Shown one piece after another: positions 9,147-17,751 of a DNA stretch of 18,717 bases. Positions within the stretch are counted from its first letter, which is position 1. Every line of letters begins with the position of its first letter. The DNA lies in the NCBI GenBank assembly GCA_029932605.1, contig JAOZPT010000049.1:1-18717 (forward strand), written 5' to 3'. The notes below the pieces were generated by a model. That model was not told the origin of the DNA, did not search any database, and saw only the letters and a program-made list of their open reading frames with translations. The translations under genes were made by a program, and so were the position numbers. The stretch is from Candidatus Zixiibacteriota bacterium (GTDB taxonomy: Bacteria > Zixibacteria > MSB-5A5 > UBA10806 > 4484-95).

Positions 9147-9613
9147 TTTTTGCTCCCCTTCATCGAAATTTTCTTCAATCTATTATACTTAAAGCAATCA
9201 TCCGGACTATGCCGAGTAGTCTTTCCATTATATTTCCTTTTATTTTTTGACATGAGTTGTTCTGCCGTAATTAATAACTCGTCATGCTTGAATGGTTTTG
9301 TAATATACCTGGAAACGCCCTCATCAAAAGCCATCTGGTAGTCCTCTCTTGCTGTGCGTGCGGTTAAAAAGATGATCGGGATTGAGCGGGTTTCCTCAAA
9401 TCTACTCAACTCCTTGGCTACATAATGTCCATCCCCTTTTGGCATTGAGACATCCAATACCAGCAGATCCGGCCTTTCTTCGATTGCTATCTGTATAGCC
9501 CTTATACCGTTCTCGGCAGTTATGACCTCGTAACCTCTTGACTTAAATAACATAGATACAACTGAGACTATCTCAGGCTCATCGTCTACTACAAGCATTT
9601 TCTTGCTCGCCAC
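9128..9613 (-). CDS. Response regulator, receiver domain with a basic C-terminal tail
   Basis: GTG start with AAGGAG RBS; MLVVDDE, PDLLVLDVSMP, FLTA, YITKPF; ~40-aa Lys/Arg-rich tail with no HTH evident. Confidence 0.9.
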   Translation of the reverse strand: MASKKMLVVDDEPEIVSVVSMLFKSRGYEVITAENGIRAIQIAIEERPDLLVLDVSMPKGDGHYVAKELSRFEETRSIPIIFLTARTAREDYQMAFDEGVSRYITKPFKHDELLITAEQLMSKNKRKYNGKTTRHSPDDCFKYNRLKKISMKGSKKWQKKS

Positions 9614-11246
9614 TTGGAATCTCCTTATCGATATTCACCCCTTCTGGTTTTAAAACGGTCATTCTGTTTTCAGCATCTTTTACCCACTGAACCGGATTCA
9701 AATTATCTGACCAGGTTGTAATACCGTAGCCTACGGTCATATTATCGAGAAGCTCCTGAGAAAAAGACTTACGTAAACGATTAATATATCCCATTGCTCC
9801 CTGTTCATCAGATTCTAATAGAATGGCAAAAGTATCCTTTTGGGGATATTGAAGCATTTTATCGCTTGACCTGTGCATTTGTTTTTCAATATTTTCCTCT
9901 AACAATCCGCTGATGGACCTTATTATGCCGGTTTCATTATATGATATGTTATTATTGCGATACTTTATTCTCATCAGAATTAAAGTAATGGTAACCCCAT
10001 TTCTCTTGGCTTTTTTAATGTTTTCTGCCAGCTGCACATAAAACTTCGCCATCGAACTGTATATATGAAGTGAAAAGGAGAATGTGCTACCCTTTCCCGA
10101 CTGGCTTTTCACCCAGATATCTCCGGCATGTAACTCAACTATTTCTTTGGCAATTGATAAACCTAAACCGGTACCTTTTGCTCCTGCTCCCGGTTCTTTT
10201 TTGACCTGACTGAATTTTTCAAAAATTATCTTCTGGTCCTCCTCGCTGATTCCTATTCCAGAATCCTTAACCTCGACAATGACATAATCACTTTCCTGTT
10301 TGACCTCTATGGTGACATACCCACCTTCTGGAGTAAATTTAAAAGCATTGCCTACGAGATTTGTAAGAACCTGTATTATCTTCTCTTTATCCGCCAATAC
10401 GGGCAAGATGTTATCCGGCGCTTCAAGATACAGTTCCTGTGATTTCGTTTGAAATTTTGGTTTAAAGTCATTTATTAATTCTAATAATAGTTCTTTGATG
10501 TTTATTTTAGAGCATTCAAGTTTCATTTTCCCGGATTCGAGTTTGGAAGTATTTAGTAAATCGTCAATTAATGCTCCTAACCTGATGCAGTTTCGTAAAA
10601 CGGATTTAAGGCATTCATGCTGGCCTTCATTGATCGGTCCCGTAATTTCATCAAACACTAAAGAGGTCTGTGATTGAATGATGGTAAGAGGGGTGCGTAA
10701 CTCGTGCGAAACAGTTGATATCAAATTCGATTTCATCTCATCAAGCGACCTGAGCTTCTGATTGGCTTTGGCCAGCCGTTTATTTTCTTTCTCAAGTTCA
10801 GAGCGAAGCCTTAACAACTCCTGATCAGCGTCATATTTCTCAATAGCTTTTGATATAACCGAGGGGAGCAGTTCATAAAACAGTTTATCCTTGACAACAT
10901 AATTGTAGGCGCCTTTTTGTAATGCTCTAACAGCTATTTTCTCATTGCCCTGGCTTGTCATAACCACAAAAGGACAGCACTCGTTAAAGTTGATCAGATC
11001 TATTCCATCGCCATCGGGAAGGCGATAATCGGTTAAAACCACCCTGTAGTTTTCATTCTTCATCAATTTGACCGCAGATTCAACCGAATCGGCAACATCC
11101 ACCGACCATGATGTTTGTTTTTCAAGTGCCGCTCGAGCAAGCAGGGCATGGTCAGGGTTATCCTCAACTATGAGGATTTTTATCTCTTCGTCGTTTCTCT
11201 TCTGAGCCTTAATCTCGATAATATCTTTTACGGTTCGATTATTCAT
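9579..11246 (-). CDS. Cytoplasmic hybrid histidine kinase: REC - HisKA - HATPase - degenerate GGDEF-like domain
   Basis: REC (ILIVEDN, LTD73, VMTS, YVVK); coiled coil; H-box SH181ELRTPL; N box NLVGNAFKF; G1 DSGIGI; F box IFEKF; G2 GTGLGL. The C-terminal ~140 aa has a GGDEF-fold pattern (RSSD-KMLQY-PQKDTFAILL...TVGYGI...DAENRM). Confidence 0.9.
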   Translation of the reverse strand: MNNRTVKDIIEIKAQKRNDEEIKILIVEDNPDHALLARAALEKQTSWSVDVADSVESAVKLMKNENYRVVLTDYRLPDGDGIDLINFNECCPFVVMTSQGNEKIAVRALQKGAYNYVVKDKLFYELLPSVISKAIEKYDADQELLRLRSELEKENKRLAKANQKLRSLDEMKSNLISTVSHELRTPLTIIQSQTSLVFDEITGPINEGQHECLKSVLRNCIRLGALIDDLLNTSKLESGKMKLECSKINIKELLLELINDFKPKFQTKSQELYLEAPDNILPVLADKEKIIQVLTNLVGNAFKFTPEGGYVTIEVKQESDYVIVEVKDSGIGISEEDQKIIFEKFSQVKKEPGAGAKGTGLGLSIAKEIVELHAGDIWVKSQSGKGSTFSFSLHIYSSMAKFYVQLAENIKKAKRNGVTITLILMRIKYRNNNISYNETGIIRSISGLLEENIEKQMHRSSDKMLQYPQKDTFAILLESDEQGAMGYINRLRKSFSQELLDNMTVGYGITTWSDNLNPVQWVKDAENRMTVLKPEGVNIDKEIPSGEQENACSRR

Positions 11247-11269
11247 TCATCAATTCAATTAGCTATAGA

Positions 11270-11779
11270 TTAAACCTTATCCCTGACGGCCAAAACGTTA
11301 GCCGGTTTTGGCAGTTCGGATGTAATAAACCAGTATAGCTGCAGGTCTTCTATCTTGGATTTGAATTCGTTGAAATTAACCGGCTTAACTATATAACTGT
11401 TGGCACCGATGTCATACCCTTTGACGATTTCCTCGTCACGCTTAGAGGTTGTCAGCATAATGACAGGGATTCTTTTTGTCTCCGGTTTATTTTTTATTGT
11501 CTGAAGCAGCTCGAAACCATCCATACCGGGCAATTTCACATCTAATAAAATAACATCAGGATAAGGATATTTTTCTTTGTCTTTATATTCATTCTCGTTA
11601 TAAAGATAGTCATAGGCAGATTCTGCATCCATGAACTGGACTACTTTATTGACTACATGGTTTTTTTTCAGAATTTCTATTGTAAGCTCGGCATGGTCTA
11701 CATTATCCTCGACGAGCATTATAAACGCTGGTTTCGCCAACATATTAGTTCCCTGTGGCTTATTTTCTTCGATTCTCAT
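11270..11779 (-). CDS. Single-domain response regulator, Rcp1-like (phytochrome-kinase partner family)
   Basis: MLVEDNVDH, PDVILLDVKLP, IPVIMLTTS, GANSYIVKP and C-terminal YWF..SELP are typical of the Rcp1 family. ATGA overlap with the kinase stop; alternative ATG at 11743. Confidence 0.9.
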   Translation of the reverse strand: MRIEENKPQGTNMLAKPAFIMLVEDNVDHAELTIEILKKNHVVNKVVQFMDAESAYDYLYNENEYKDKEKYPYPDVILLDVKLPGMDGFELLQTIKNKPETKRIPVIMLTTSKRDEEIVKGYDIGANSYIVKPVNFNEFKSKIEDLQLYWFITSELPKPANVLAVRDKV

Positions 11780-14538
11780 AAAACGGTTTCATTTTCGGTT
11801 TCGTGAGATTTTATTTCCTTTTCTTCATCTGAATCTATAACCGGCAAAGTAAAATAAAATGTTGTTCCCTCGCCGGGTTTTGATTCGAGCCAGATTGTCC
11901 CCCCGTGTGTTTCAATAACACGTTTCACTATTGAAAGTCCAACTCCTGTGCCGCTGGTCTTATCTTTATCAAGGCGCGCTCGCTGGAAAATGTTAAAGAT
12001 TTTTTCATGGAATTTTTTGGGTATTCCTTCGCCATTGTCACGGATAAAAAATGCTCCCCTGTTATGGTCAGAGCTCTCGATACACGGATCGTATCCAACC
12101 TCAATTATCGCTCCTTCTTTTCCTGGCATATATTTAATGGCGTTATCGATCAGATTTTCGAGTGCCTCCCTTATTCTTTTCTGGCGACCGGAGATATTGG
12201 GCAATGAGTCTGAGCATAAGAGCAGGATATTCTTTGTCGATGCAGCTACCGAGAAGCTTTCAAAAATATCGTCAACGAGCTTTTTAAAATTAATCACCTG
12301 GGGCTCGTCCTCGATTCGACCGATTCGGGAAAGATCAAGCAGGTCTTTTAATAGTGCCTCCATGTTCTCAGCATTTGCGGATATCCGTTCTAAATACTTG
12401 GAGGATTTTTCATCAAGTTTTCCGGCCAGATTTTCCGCAAGCAAACCGGCAAATCCCTGCATAGAGACAATCGGAGTTTTCAAATCATGCGATATTGTAT
12501 ATATAAACTCCTCGAGCTCATGCTGGCTTGCCTCAAGTTTACGATTGGCGTTCTCCAGCTGTTCGGTATATTTAGCTATCTCCTCCTCAGCCTGTTTACG
12601 GTCACTTATATCCTCAAGCAAGCCATCATAGCGAATCAGCTTACCCTCTTCATTGCGGTGAGGCACCATAGTATGGCGAACCCAGATAACTTTTCCATCA
12701 CTGCGAACTATCCTGTGCTCAAATGGAGAAACCTCATGACCAGCCATGATCCGATCAATTAGCTTTTCCACCAAAGCCCTGTCATCCGGATAGATCATCT
12801 TACGCCATAAGTCAGGATTATTAAAATAATCTTCGGTGCTGTAGCCGGTTACCGAAAGACATCCAGTGCTATTTTTCCTGGATATGTTCTCATCGTCGCC
12901 GATCTCAACCGAATAAGTGTAAGAGGTTATGGCGGCCACTAGCCGGCGGTAACGATCCTCGGATTCTCGCAATGCTCGCACCGTTCGCTTACGGTCACTG
13001 ATGTCACGCACCGTCCCCTGAATCATTTCCGGCTTGCCATCTTTACCATAGATGACATGACTGTTTACCGAAACAGGAATATCACGCCCAGCCTTGGTCC
13101 GCAGGGTGATCTCGTAATCATTTATCGAACCCTTATGCAATAATATGTTGAGCAACTCATCTCTCTGTTTTTTGTCCGGGTATAAATCAGCCATCGAACG
13201 ACCGATGAGTTCATCGGGTTTAAACCCGGGAAGCGACAAACTTGATGGAGTAACGTTTGTAATAATCCCGTTCATATCGGTCTGGTAATAAAGATCGACG
13301 AAAGACTCAAAGAAGAACCTGTATTTTTCCTCGCTTTCTCTAAGCGCATCCTCTATCAGCTTGTTGTTGGTAATATCATCGATCACCAGAAGCAACCAAA
13401 CACTTCCCTTTTGTTCATATCCCATTTTCCTCAGGTTGACGTGGAAATAGTTATCTTTGTATTTCAGTTCAAATTCACGTCGGTCTTCGAGGACCTTTTC
13501 GCTGGTATTCATCCGTTCCTTTATCATGACAAGAATCTCATTAAGAATTTCGCCGTCAGGGTCTATATCTTCCCAAACTGAATTTGATGACACTAACTCC
13601 AATTGATTATCTCTATCCGAAAAGGATTTAATAACCACCAGTCCGCTAGGAATTGCAGATACAATATGCTCGATATATTCTTTTCTGGTGATGAGGTCGC
13701 TTATAAAACAATCCAAATCCTCGGCCATTTTATCGAAGGATTTGGCTAACTGCCCCAGTTCATCCTCTCTTTTGATGTTCAGGCGAACTTTATAATTACC
13801 CTGGCTGATCTGCTTAGTTGCTTCAGCTATTTTAAAGGCCGGCATTATAAGAAATTTAAAAACACGGTGTTGTAAAAACGAAAATACCAATAAAACCATC
13901 AAACCGAAAACCAATGAATATTTCACAAAGCTTGCCATTTTACTATCAAAGCCATTCAACGATAAAAGAAGAACCATATAACCGATGGAAAAGGTATTTG
14001 CCTCGTTCCGTAATTTCATTCCACTCTTAGAAAATGAATGTTCCTCGGGAGATGACATAGATAATTCGAGTGGTTCCATAATAAGCAAGCTGGTGTTTCC
14101 ATTAATCCTTACAGATATACCCTGAATACGAGATTTATTCTTTACATAAGGTAAGATATTTTTATCCGGACCATCGCCAATAATTAAAAGAGGAGTATAA
14201 TGTTTATCTAATAATGCCAAACCATGAACGTCCTTGATGAGGTAGGTTTTGGAGAAGAAAGATGATAATTTCTGTTTGATTTCTGGTTGACCAAGAACAT
14301 CGGATGTAATTCCGGAATCCATTTCACCATCGGGGTTGATTTTTTCGGTGATATTTAAGGCAATCATATTTAACAAATTATGCCCTTCTTCCTCATAAGA
14401 TTGTATAAGCTTGTCCCTTGACAGCTTATAATTGAACATCAGTATGGCGGAAATGATTATAAGAGAAATAAAACCGCCGAGAATGTTCGTTTTCAATAAA
14501 ACGGATTTCTTGATTTTTTCTTTTATCTTTTTAATCAT
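11776..14538 (-). CDS. Membrane sensor histidine kinase: TM - periplasmic domain - TM - HAMP - PAS x2-3 - HisKA - HATPase (Cph1/BphP-like kinase core)
   Basis: Two hydrophobic helices; HAMP (REDELGQLAKSFDKMA); PAS/PAC ends DIT, DIS, DIS; H-box EEFIYTISH684DLKTP; NLIDNAIKY; DNGEGI; IFNIFQR; GTGVGL. Confidence 0.93.
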   Translation of the reverse strand: MIKKIKEKIKKSVLLKTNILGGFISLIIISAILMFNYKLSRDKLIQSYEEEGHNLLNMIALNITEKINPDGEMDSGITSDVLGQPEIKQKLSSFFSKTYLIKDVHGLALLDKHYTPLLIIGDGPDKNILPYVKNKSRIQGISVRINGNTSLLIMEPLELSMSSPEEHSFSKSGMKLRNEANTFSIGYMVLLLSLNGFDSKMASFVKYSLVFGLMVLLVFSFLQHRVFKFLIMPAFKIAEATKQISQGNYKVRLNIKREDELGQLAKSFDKMAEDLDCFISDLITRKEYIEHIVSAIPSGLVVIKSFSDRDNQLELVSSNSVWEDIDPDGEILNEILVMIKERMNTSEKVLEDRREFELKYKDNYFHVNLRKMGYEQKGSVWLLLVIDDITNNKLIEDALRESEEKYRFFFESFVDLYYQTDMNGIITNVTPSSLSLPGFKPDELIGRSMADLYPDKKQRDELLNILLHKGSINDYEITLRTKAGRDIPVSVNSHVIYGKDGKPEMIQGTVRDISDRKRTVRALRESEDRYRRLVAAITSYTYSVEIGDDENISRKNSTGCLSVTGYSTEDYFNNPDLWRKMIYPDDRALVEKLIDRIMAGHEVSPFEHRIVRSDGKVIWVRHTMVPHRNEEGKLIRYDGLLEDISDRKQAEEEIAKYTEQLENANRKLEASQHELEEFIYTISHDLKTPIVSMQGFAGLLAENLAGKLDEKSSKYLERISANAENMEALLKDLLDLSRIGRIEDEPQVINFKKLVDDIFESFSVAASTKNILLLCSDSLPNISGRQKRIREALENLIDNAIKYMPGKEGAIIEVGYDPCIESSDHNRGAFFIRDNGEGIPKKFHEKIFNIFQRARLDKDKTSGTGVGLSIVKRVIETHGGTIWLESKPGEGTTFYFTLPVIDSDEEKEIKSHETENETVL

Positions 14539-14705
14539 TATCTTTCCACTTAATCAATTCATTTAAAATGACTCTAAATTATAAACACAACGTAAAAAAC
14601 CGGGGACTTTGCCCTGGTAAATTAACCTGCAGGTTCATTAATGTCATAAACCGCTCTGTTATAGTTAATTTTATATTTCTTCTTGCAGACTCTTTATATC
14701 TGGTG

Positions 14706-14735
14706 ATTACCATTCAACGCCCCCCTGATTGTCAA
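14706..14735 (-). promoter_or_regulatory. Possible sigma70 promoter for the signalling operon
   Basis: Perfect TTGACA at 14735-14730 on the minus strand, 18-bp spacer, weak -10 GGTAAT. Confidence 0.25.
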
Positions 14736-15101
14736 TACTGTTAAGACAGATATATTCTACATAGTTTGCGATTTATCCTGATAGACTATCAACTCGTAAA
14801 CGAGAGTCAGAGAGAGTGGTTTCAGCATATATTAATAGCCATCTTCAATTTCATAAGACCTTCCCTGACGATACGGACTGTTTCATAATTAAACGCTCCA
14901 TGTAACCATTTTATCAAACTATCGACAATTTCAAAGTGCTCGTTTAACTTAGCGAGCGAATAGAAGATACTACTGAAACATCGAGGAACTTTCAGGTCCA
15001 CTGCCAAGAACATCAAATATAGCCAAAAAGTACACTATATTCGGGACAGAATTTCCTTTTAATCCTGAGAAATGAAAGCCTTTCTACGACTTTATATTCT
15101 C

Positions 15102-15398
15102 TTATATTTCCTCGGTTAATTCTACGAAGCGTTTGTAAGGGATTGCAGTCCAGCTTTGAGATTCAAAAGCACCATTAGCCAGGCTTATCATCGAAACCTT
15201 GGCAGCTGTCTCTTCATCGGGAGCCTCGTAGATGTCAAGAAAATCGTATGGTCCTAAAAGGGCATAATGGGCAACAAATTTCACCTCCGGGCACTTTTCT
15301 TTTACCTGATCAAGCCAGGCTCGTCCAATCTTTGCCCGGTCTCTAACTTGCTTTGACACCTCAGGTGAAAGCTTGGTCATTAAAATGAAAGTTTTCAT
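15102..15398 (-). CDS. GYD domain-containing protein
   Basis: 98 aa; MKTFILMTKL...LLGPYDFLDIYEAPDEETAAK matches the GYD family G.YD..EAPD signature; AGGAG RBS. Confidence 0.85.
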   Translation of the reverse strand: MKTFILMTKLSPEVSKQVRDRAKIGRAWLDQVKEKCPEVKFVAHYALLGPYDFLDIYEAPDEETAAKVSMISLANGAFESQSWTAIPYKRFVELTEEI

Positions 15399-15466
15399 GT
15401 CCGAACTCCTTTAATTGTATAAATTGACCTTATTTATCAACGTATATATAATGTCACCCTGTAGAG

Positions 15467-16315
15467 TTATAGACTCCCCAGAAACTTTATCACCAGTATG
15501 GAGGAATTTATAGCGGCAACCTTAAAAAACTCGCGCAATTCATATTTGGCAGAATCGGAACCCGAACCGCCAGCTAAATCAGAGGCCGAACGAAATACTA
15601 TGAAAGGAACATTATTGACCTCACATACCTGGGCAACGGCAGCTGATTCCATATCGGTTATAAGAGCGTCGTATGTTGTATTAAGCCAGTTTCTCTTATC
15701 AGAATTATCGATAAAGGCATTTCCACTGACGCCAACACCACCAATTAATAACCTCGGTGTTCTATTACCGATATCCTGAAACGGAATTTCATCCTCATCG
15801 AAATTTGCGGCTATTTTATACATCGAATCGCCTACCGAGAAGTGAGAAATCCTGATTACACTATCCAGTGATGGTGAATATACCCAAATTTCATTAGGTT
15901 GAGGGCCATTAGCCCCATGATAAATGTAGTCATGAGTAACCCAACTTTCGCAAACGACGATGTCACCGATATGCACAGTGCTATCGATAGCTCCGGCAAT
16001 GCCTGAAAATATGACCCCTTTGGGATGAAAATCATCGATCAACTTCTGCGTGGTCATGGCAGCATTAGTCATCCCCACACCGGACTCAGCTAGGACTATC
16101 TCCTTTCCCGAAAGCATGCCCGTAAACACCGCCCTGCCCAATATCTTCTGGCTCTTTATAATTGACATCTTCTCCATTAAAAGTTGACCTTCGGCATCAA
16201 AGGCGTAGAGGACGAGATATGGATGAGATGGCTGAGGCTGTATCTTGCAGTGACCAAGTATCAATAAAGAAAAAACTAAAATAATTTTAATCGAGTACCA
16301 TAACGACCTTGTCAT
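15467..16315 (-). CDS. mtnN: 5'-methylthioadenosine/S-adenosylhomocysteine nucleosidase family protein with an N-terminal export signal
   Basis: AFDAE, SGVGMTNAA, FSGIAGA, GDIVV, DMESAAVAQVC, FRSASDLAG. ATG at 16315 has an AGGA RBS (the ORF track starts at GTG 16339). Hydrophobic N-terminus ends LILGHC. Confidence 0.8.
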   Translation of the reverse strand: MTRSLWYSIKIILVFSLLILGHCKIQPQPSHPYLVLYAFDAEGQLLMEKMSIIKSQKILGRAVFTGMLSGKEIVLAESGVGMTNAAMTTQKLIDDFHPKGVIFSGIAGAIDSTVHIGDIVVCESWVTHDYIYHGANGPQPNEIWVYSPSLDSVIRISHFSVGDSMYKIAANFDEDEIPFQDIGNRTPRLLIGGVGVSGNAFIDNSDKRNWLNTTYDALITDMESAAVAQVCEVNNVPFIVFRSASDLAGGSGSDSAKYELREFFKVAAINSSILVIKFLGSL

Positions 16316-16445
16316 ATATGTCCTGTTAGTTATATTCACTCAAGCACCCTAATGTCTTACATTTTCTCAATAAATCCTCTGACATTGATTCACTTACAAG
16401 ACAAAAAACGGCAAACATTAAAGGACTACCATTGTATTATATAAA

Positions 16446-16468
16446 AAACTGCAGGCCTGCAAACAGTT
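16446..16468 (-). terminator. Possible intrinsic terminator after the secreted hypothetical gene
   Basis: 12-bp palindrome TGCAGGCCTGCA (16450-16461) followed by a T-run on the minus strand; alternative stem AACTG...CAGTT. Confidence 0.25.
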
Positions 16469-16502
16469 GTTTTATAAAAAATCCAATAATAAGGCCATTT
16501 AT

Positions 16503-17033
16503 TTACTTCTTGATGAAATATTCGCCTTCCCATTCTACAGTGTATTCTTTCTCCGAGATAAACCTCCCCTTATAGGTGCCACTCCCCTGGATACCTTCAA
16601 ACTTACCAGTGCCTCTTATATAGGTAAATATCCCTTCAAATGTAATAATAGGAGCGCCCTCATCAGAAAAGATTGTAGTGATTTTGCCATTCCATCCAGT
16701 AAAAGTACTGTTGCCATTTTTTTCATGTTTTAAATAGCCCTGATGAGGCCCATTTCCCTTAATAACATCACTAAACGACATGTTGACAATTCGGGCGCCA
16801 TCCATGAATTCGTTTTCACCAGTACTGACATTCGTACCCTCTGACTGGGCTAGGGAAATAACGTGGCCTTCAGTGTCACCTACATCAAGTTTCTTCTGCA
16901 TGACATAAGCACATGTCATTTTCCCTGCAATCTTAGTCTTCTGCTGTGCCATCGATGTAGCCACGAAAAAAGCAAAGACCAGGGCAAGACCGACAAGCAG
17001 TGCCAGTGGCCTTTTGCATGTAAGTATTCTCAT
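16503..17033 (-). CDS. Secreted hypothetical beta-rich protein (allene-oxide-cyclase/dirigent-like barrel possible)
   Basis: AGGAGG RBS; signal peptide ending SMA-QQ; alternating beta pattern; GTGKFEGIQGSG motif resembles the GGTG.F.G..G of AOC/dirigent barrels. Confidence 0.75.
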   Translation of the reverse strand: MRILTCKRPLALLVGLALVFAFFVATSMAQQKTKIAGKMTCAYVMQKKLDVGDTEGHVISLAQSEGTNVSTGENEFMDGARIVNMSFSDVIKGNGPHQGYLKHEKNGNSTFTGWNGKITTIFSDEGAPIITFEGIFTYIRGTGKFEGIQGSGTYKGRFISEKEYTVEWEGEYFIKK

Positions 17034-17140
17034 GGATTTTCCCTCCTTTCATTATAAGTTACAAGCCCGCAGCTTTTTTTAATCCTATTATTAACAACCA
17101 ATAGCGTTAAACCCCTTTTTCTCTTTTGCGGTAACAGTCA

Positions 17141-17584
17141 TCAGCCGGATTTATCCCTCAGTTTCTTAAGGAACTTCAGATCCTGCAAATCTTTTTCTCT
17201 GCCAGCGGCCTTCTTCATTATTATTAAATCATCCAATGAGGCAAAATAGGTCTTCACGCCCTCAATCTCACCCTTTTTCTTGTTTTTCCAGACCTCCTCA
17301 AACGATATACCGGTAACAAATGGATGAATATCTGTTTCGAGGGCGTATTGTCTGATGAGTATTTTTTTCTTAAGCATATCCTCAACTGCTAAATCAGAAA
17401 CATCATAGCCGAAATCGGATAGTGCCTTAAGAGTTTTTTGCGCATTATCTCTATGGGGTTCGATGAATATGTCTATATCGATAGTGGCCCGTGAATAGCC
17501 ATAGAAAGGGAAAGCGTAGGCTCCGATTATGACATAGCGAACTTTATGTTCGTTTAATGATTTCAAAAGGTTTTTTATGTCCAT
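17141..17584 (-). CDS. Nucleotidyltransferase (DUF6036 / AbiEii-like), putative TA component
   Basis: YVIIGAYA...SRATIDIDIF (G[G/A].A and T.D.D motifs); C-terminal LIIMKKAAGREKDLQD. ATG at 17584 is preferred over TTG 17590. Confidence 0.82.
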   Translation of the reverse strand: MDIKNLLKSLNEHKVRYVIIGAYAFPFYGYSRATIDIDIFIEPHRDNAQKTLKALSDFGYDVSDLAVEDMLKKKILIRQYALETDIHPFVTGISFEEVWKNKKKGEIEGVKTYFASLDDLIIMKKAAGREKDLQDLKFLKKLRDKSG

Positions 17585-17729
17585 TATCAATCAACATCTT
17601 TAATATTGTTCGGCTGGCATTTATCATCATCCTGTAACGCTGGTCAACGGTGAGCGAGGCCTGGAACTCAAGCTCAAGCTCCAGCTCATCGACTTCATCA
17701 TCCGGGCCTATTTTGTAGATTGGAGGCAT
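17544..17729 (-). CDS. Small protein overlapping the nucleotidyltransferase start, putative TA partner
   Basis: ATG 17729 with GAGG RBS gives 61 aa (the ORF track starts at GTG 17771). It contains the SLTVDQR helical motif and overlaps the NTase by 41 bp. Confidence 0.65.
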   Translation of the reverse strand: MPPIYKIGPDDEVDELELELEFQASLTVDQRYRMMINASRTILKMLIDNGHKKPFEIIKRT

Positions 17730-17751
17730 TATTCGGTTTTCCTCGTTTACA

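Noticed and set aside
9640..10050. Active diguanylate cyclase domain
   Set aside because: GG[DE]EF is replaced by PQKDTF, and the metal-binding DxDxFK and NDxxGH motifs are missing.
11948..12762. Plus-strand ORFs of 227, 66 and 91 aa (likewise the other short ORFs inside 698-886, 2971-5856, 6745-8633, 9150-11840, 15498-17057)
   Set aside because: Antisense or out-of-frame shadows of well-supported genes, with no recognisable domains.
11776..14538. Phytochrome photoreceptor
   Set aside because: The kinase core and partner RR are Cph1/Rcp1-like, but there is no PAS-GAF-PHY module; the input is TM/periplasmic/HAMP/PAS.
14590..14640. c-di-GMP-I riboswitch (GGGCAAAG seen on the minus strand)
   Set aside because: Lacks the GNRA-capped P2 stem and the second GCAAA/P3 elements.
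14822..15016. 64-aa ORF upstream of the kinase
   Set aside because: No clear RBS or family motif; cannot be supported as a gene.
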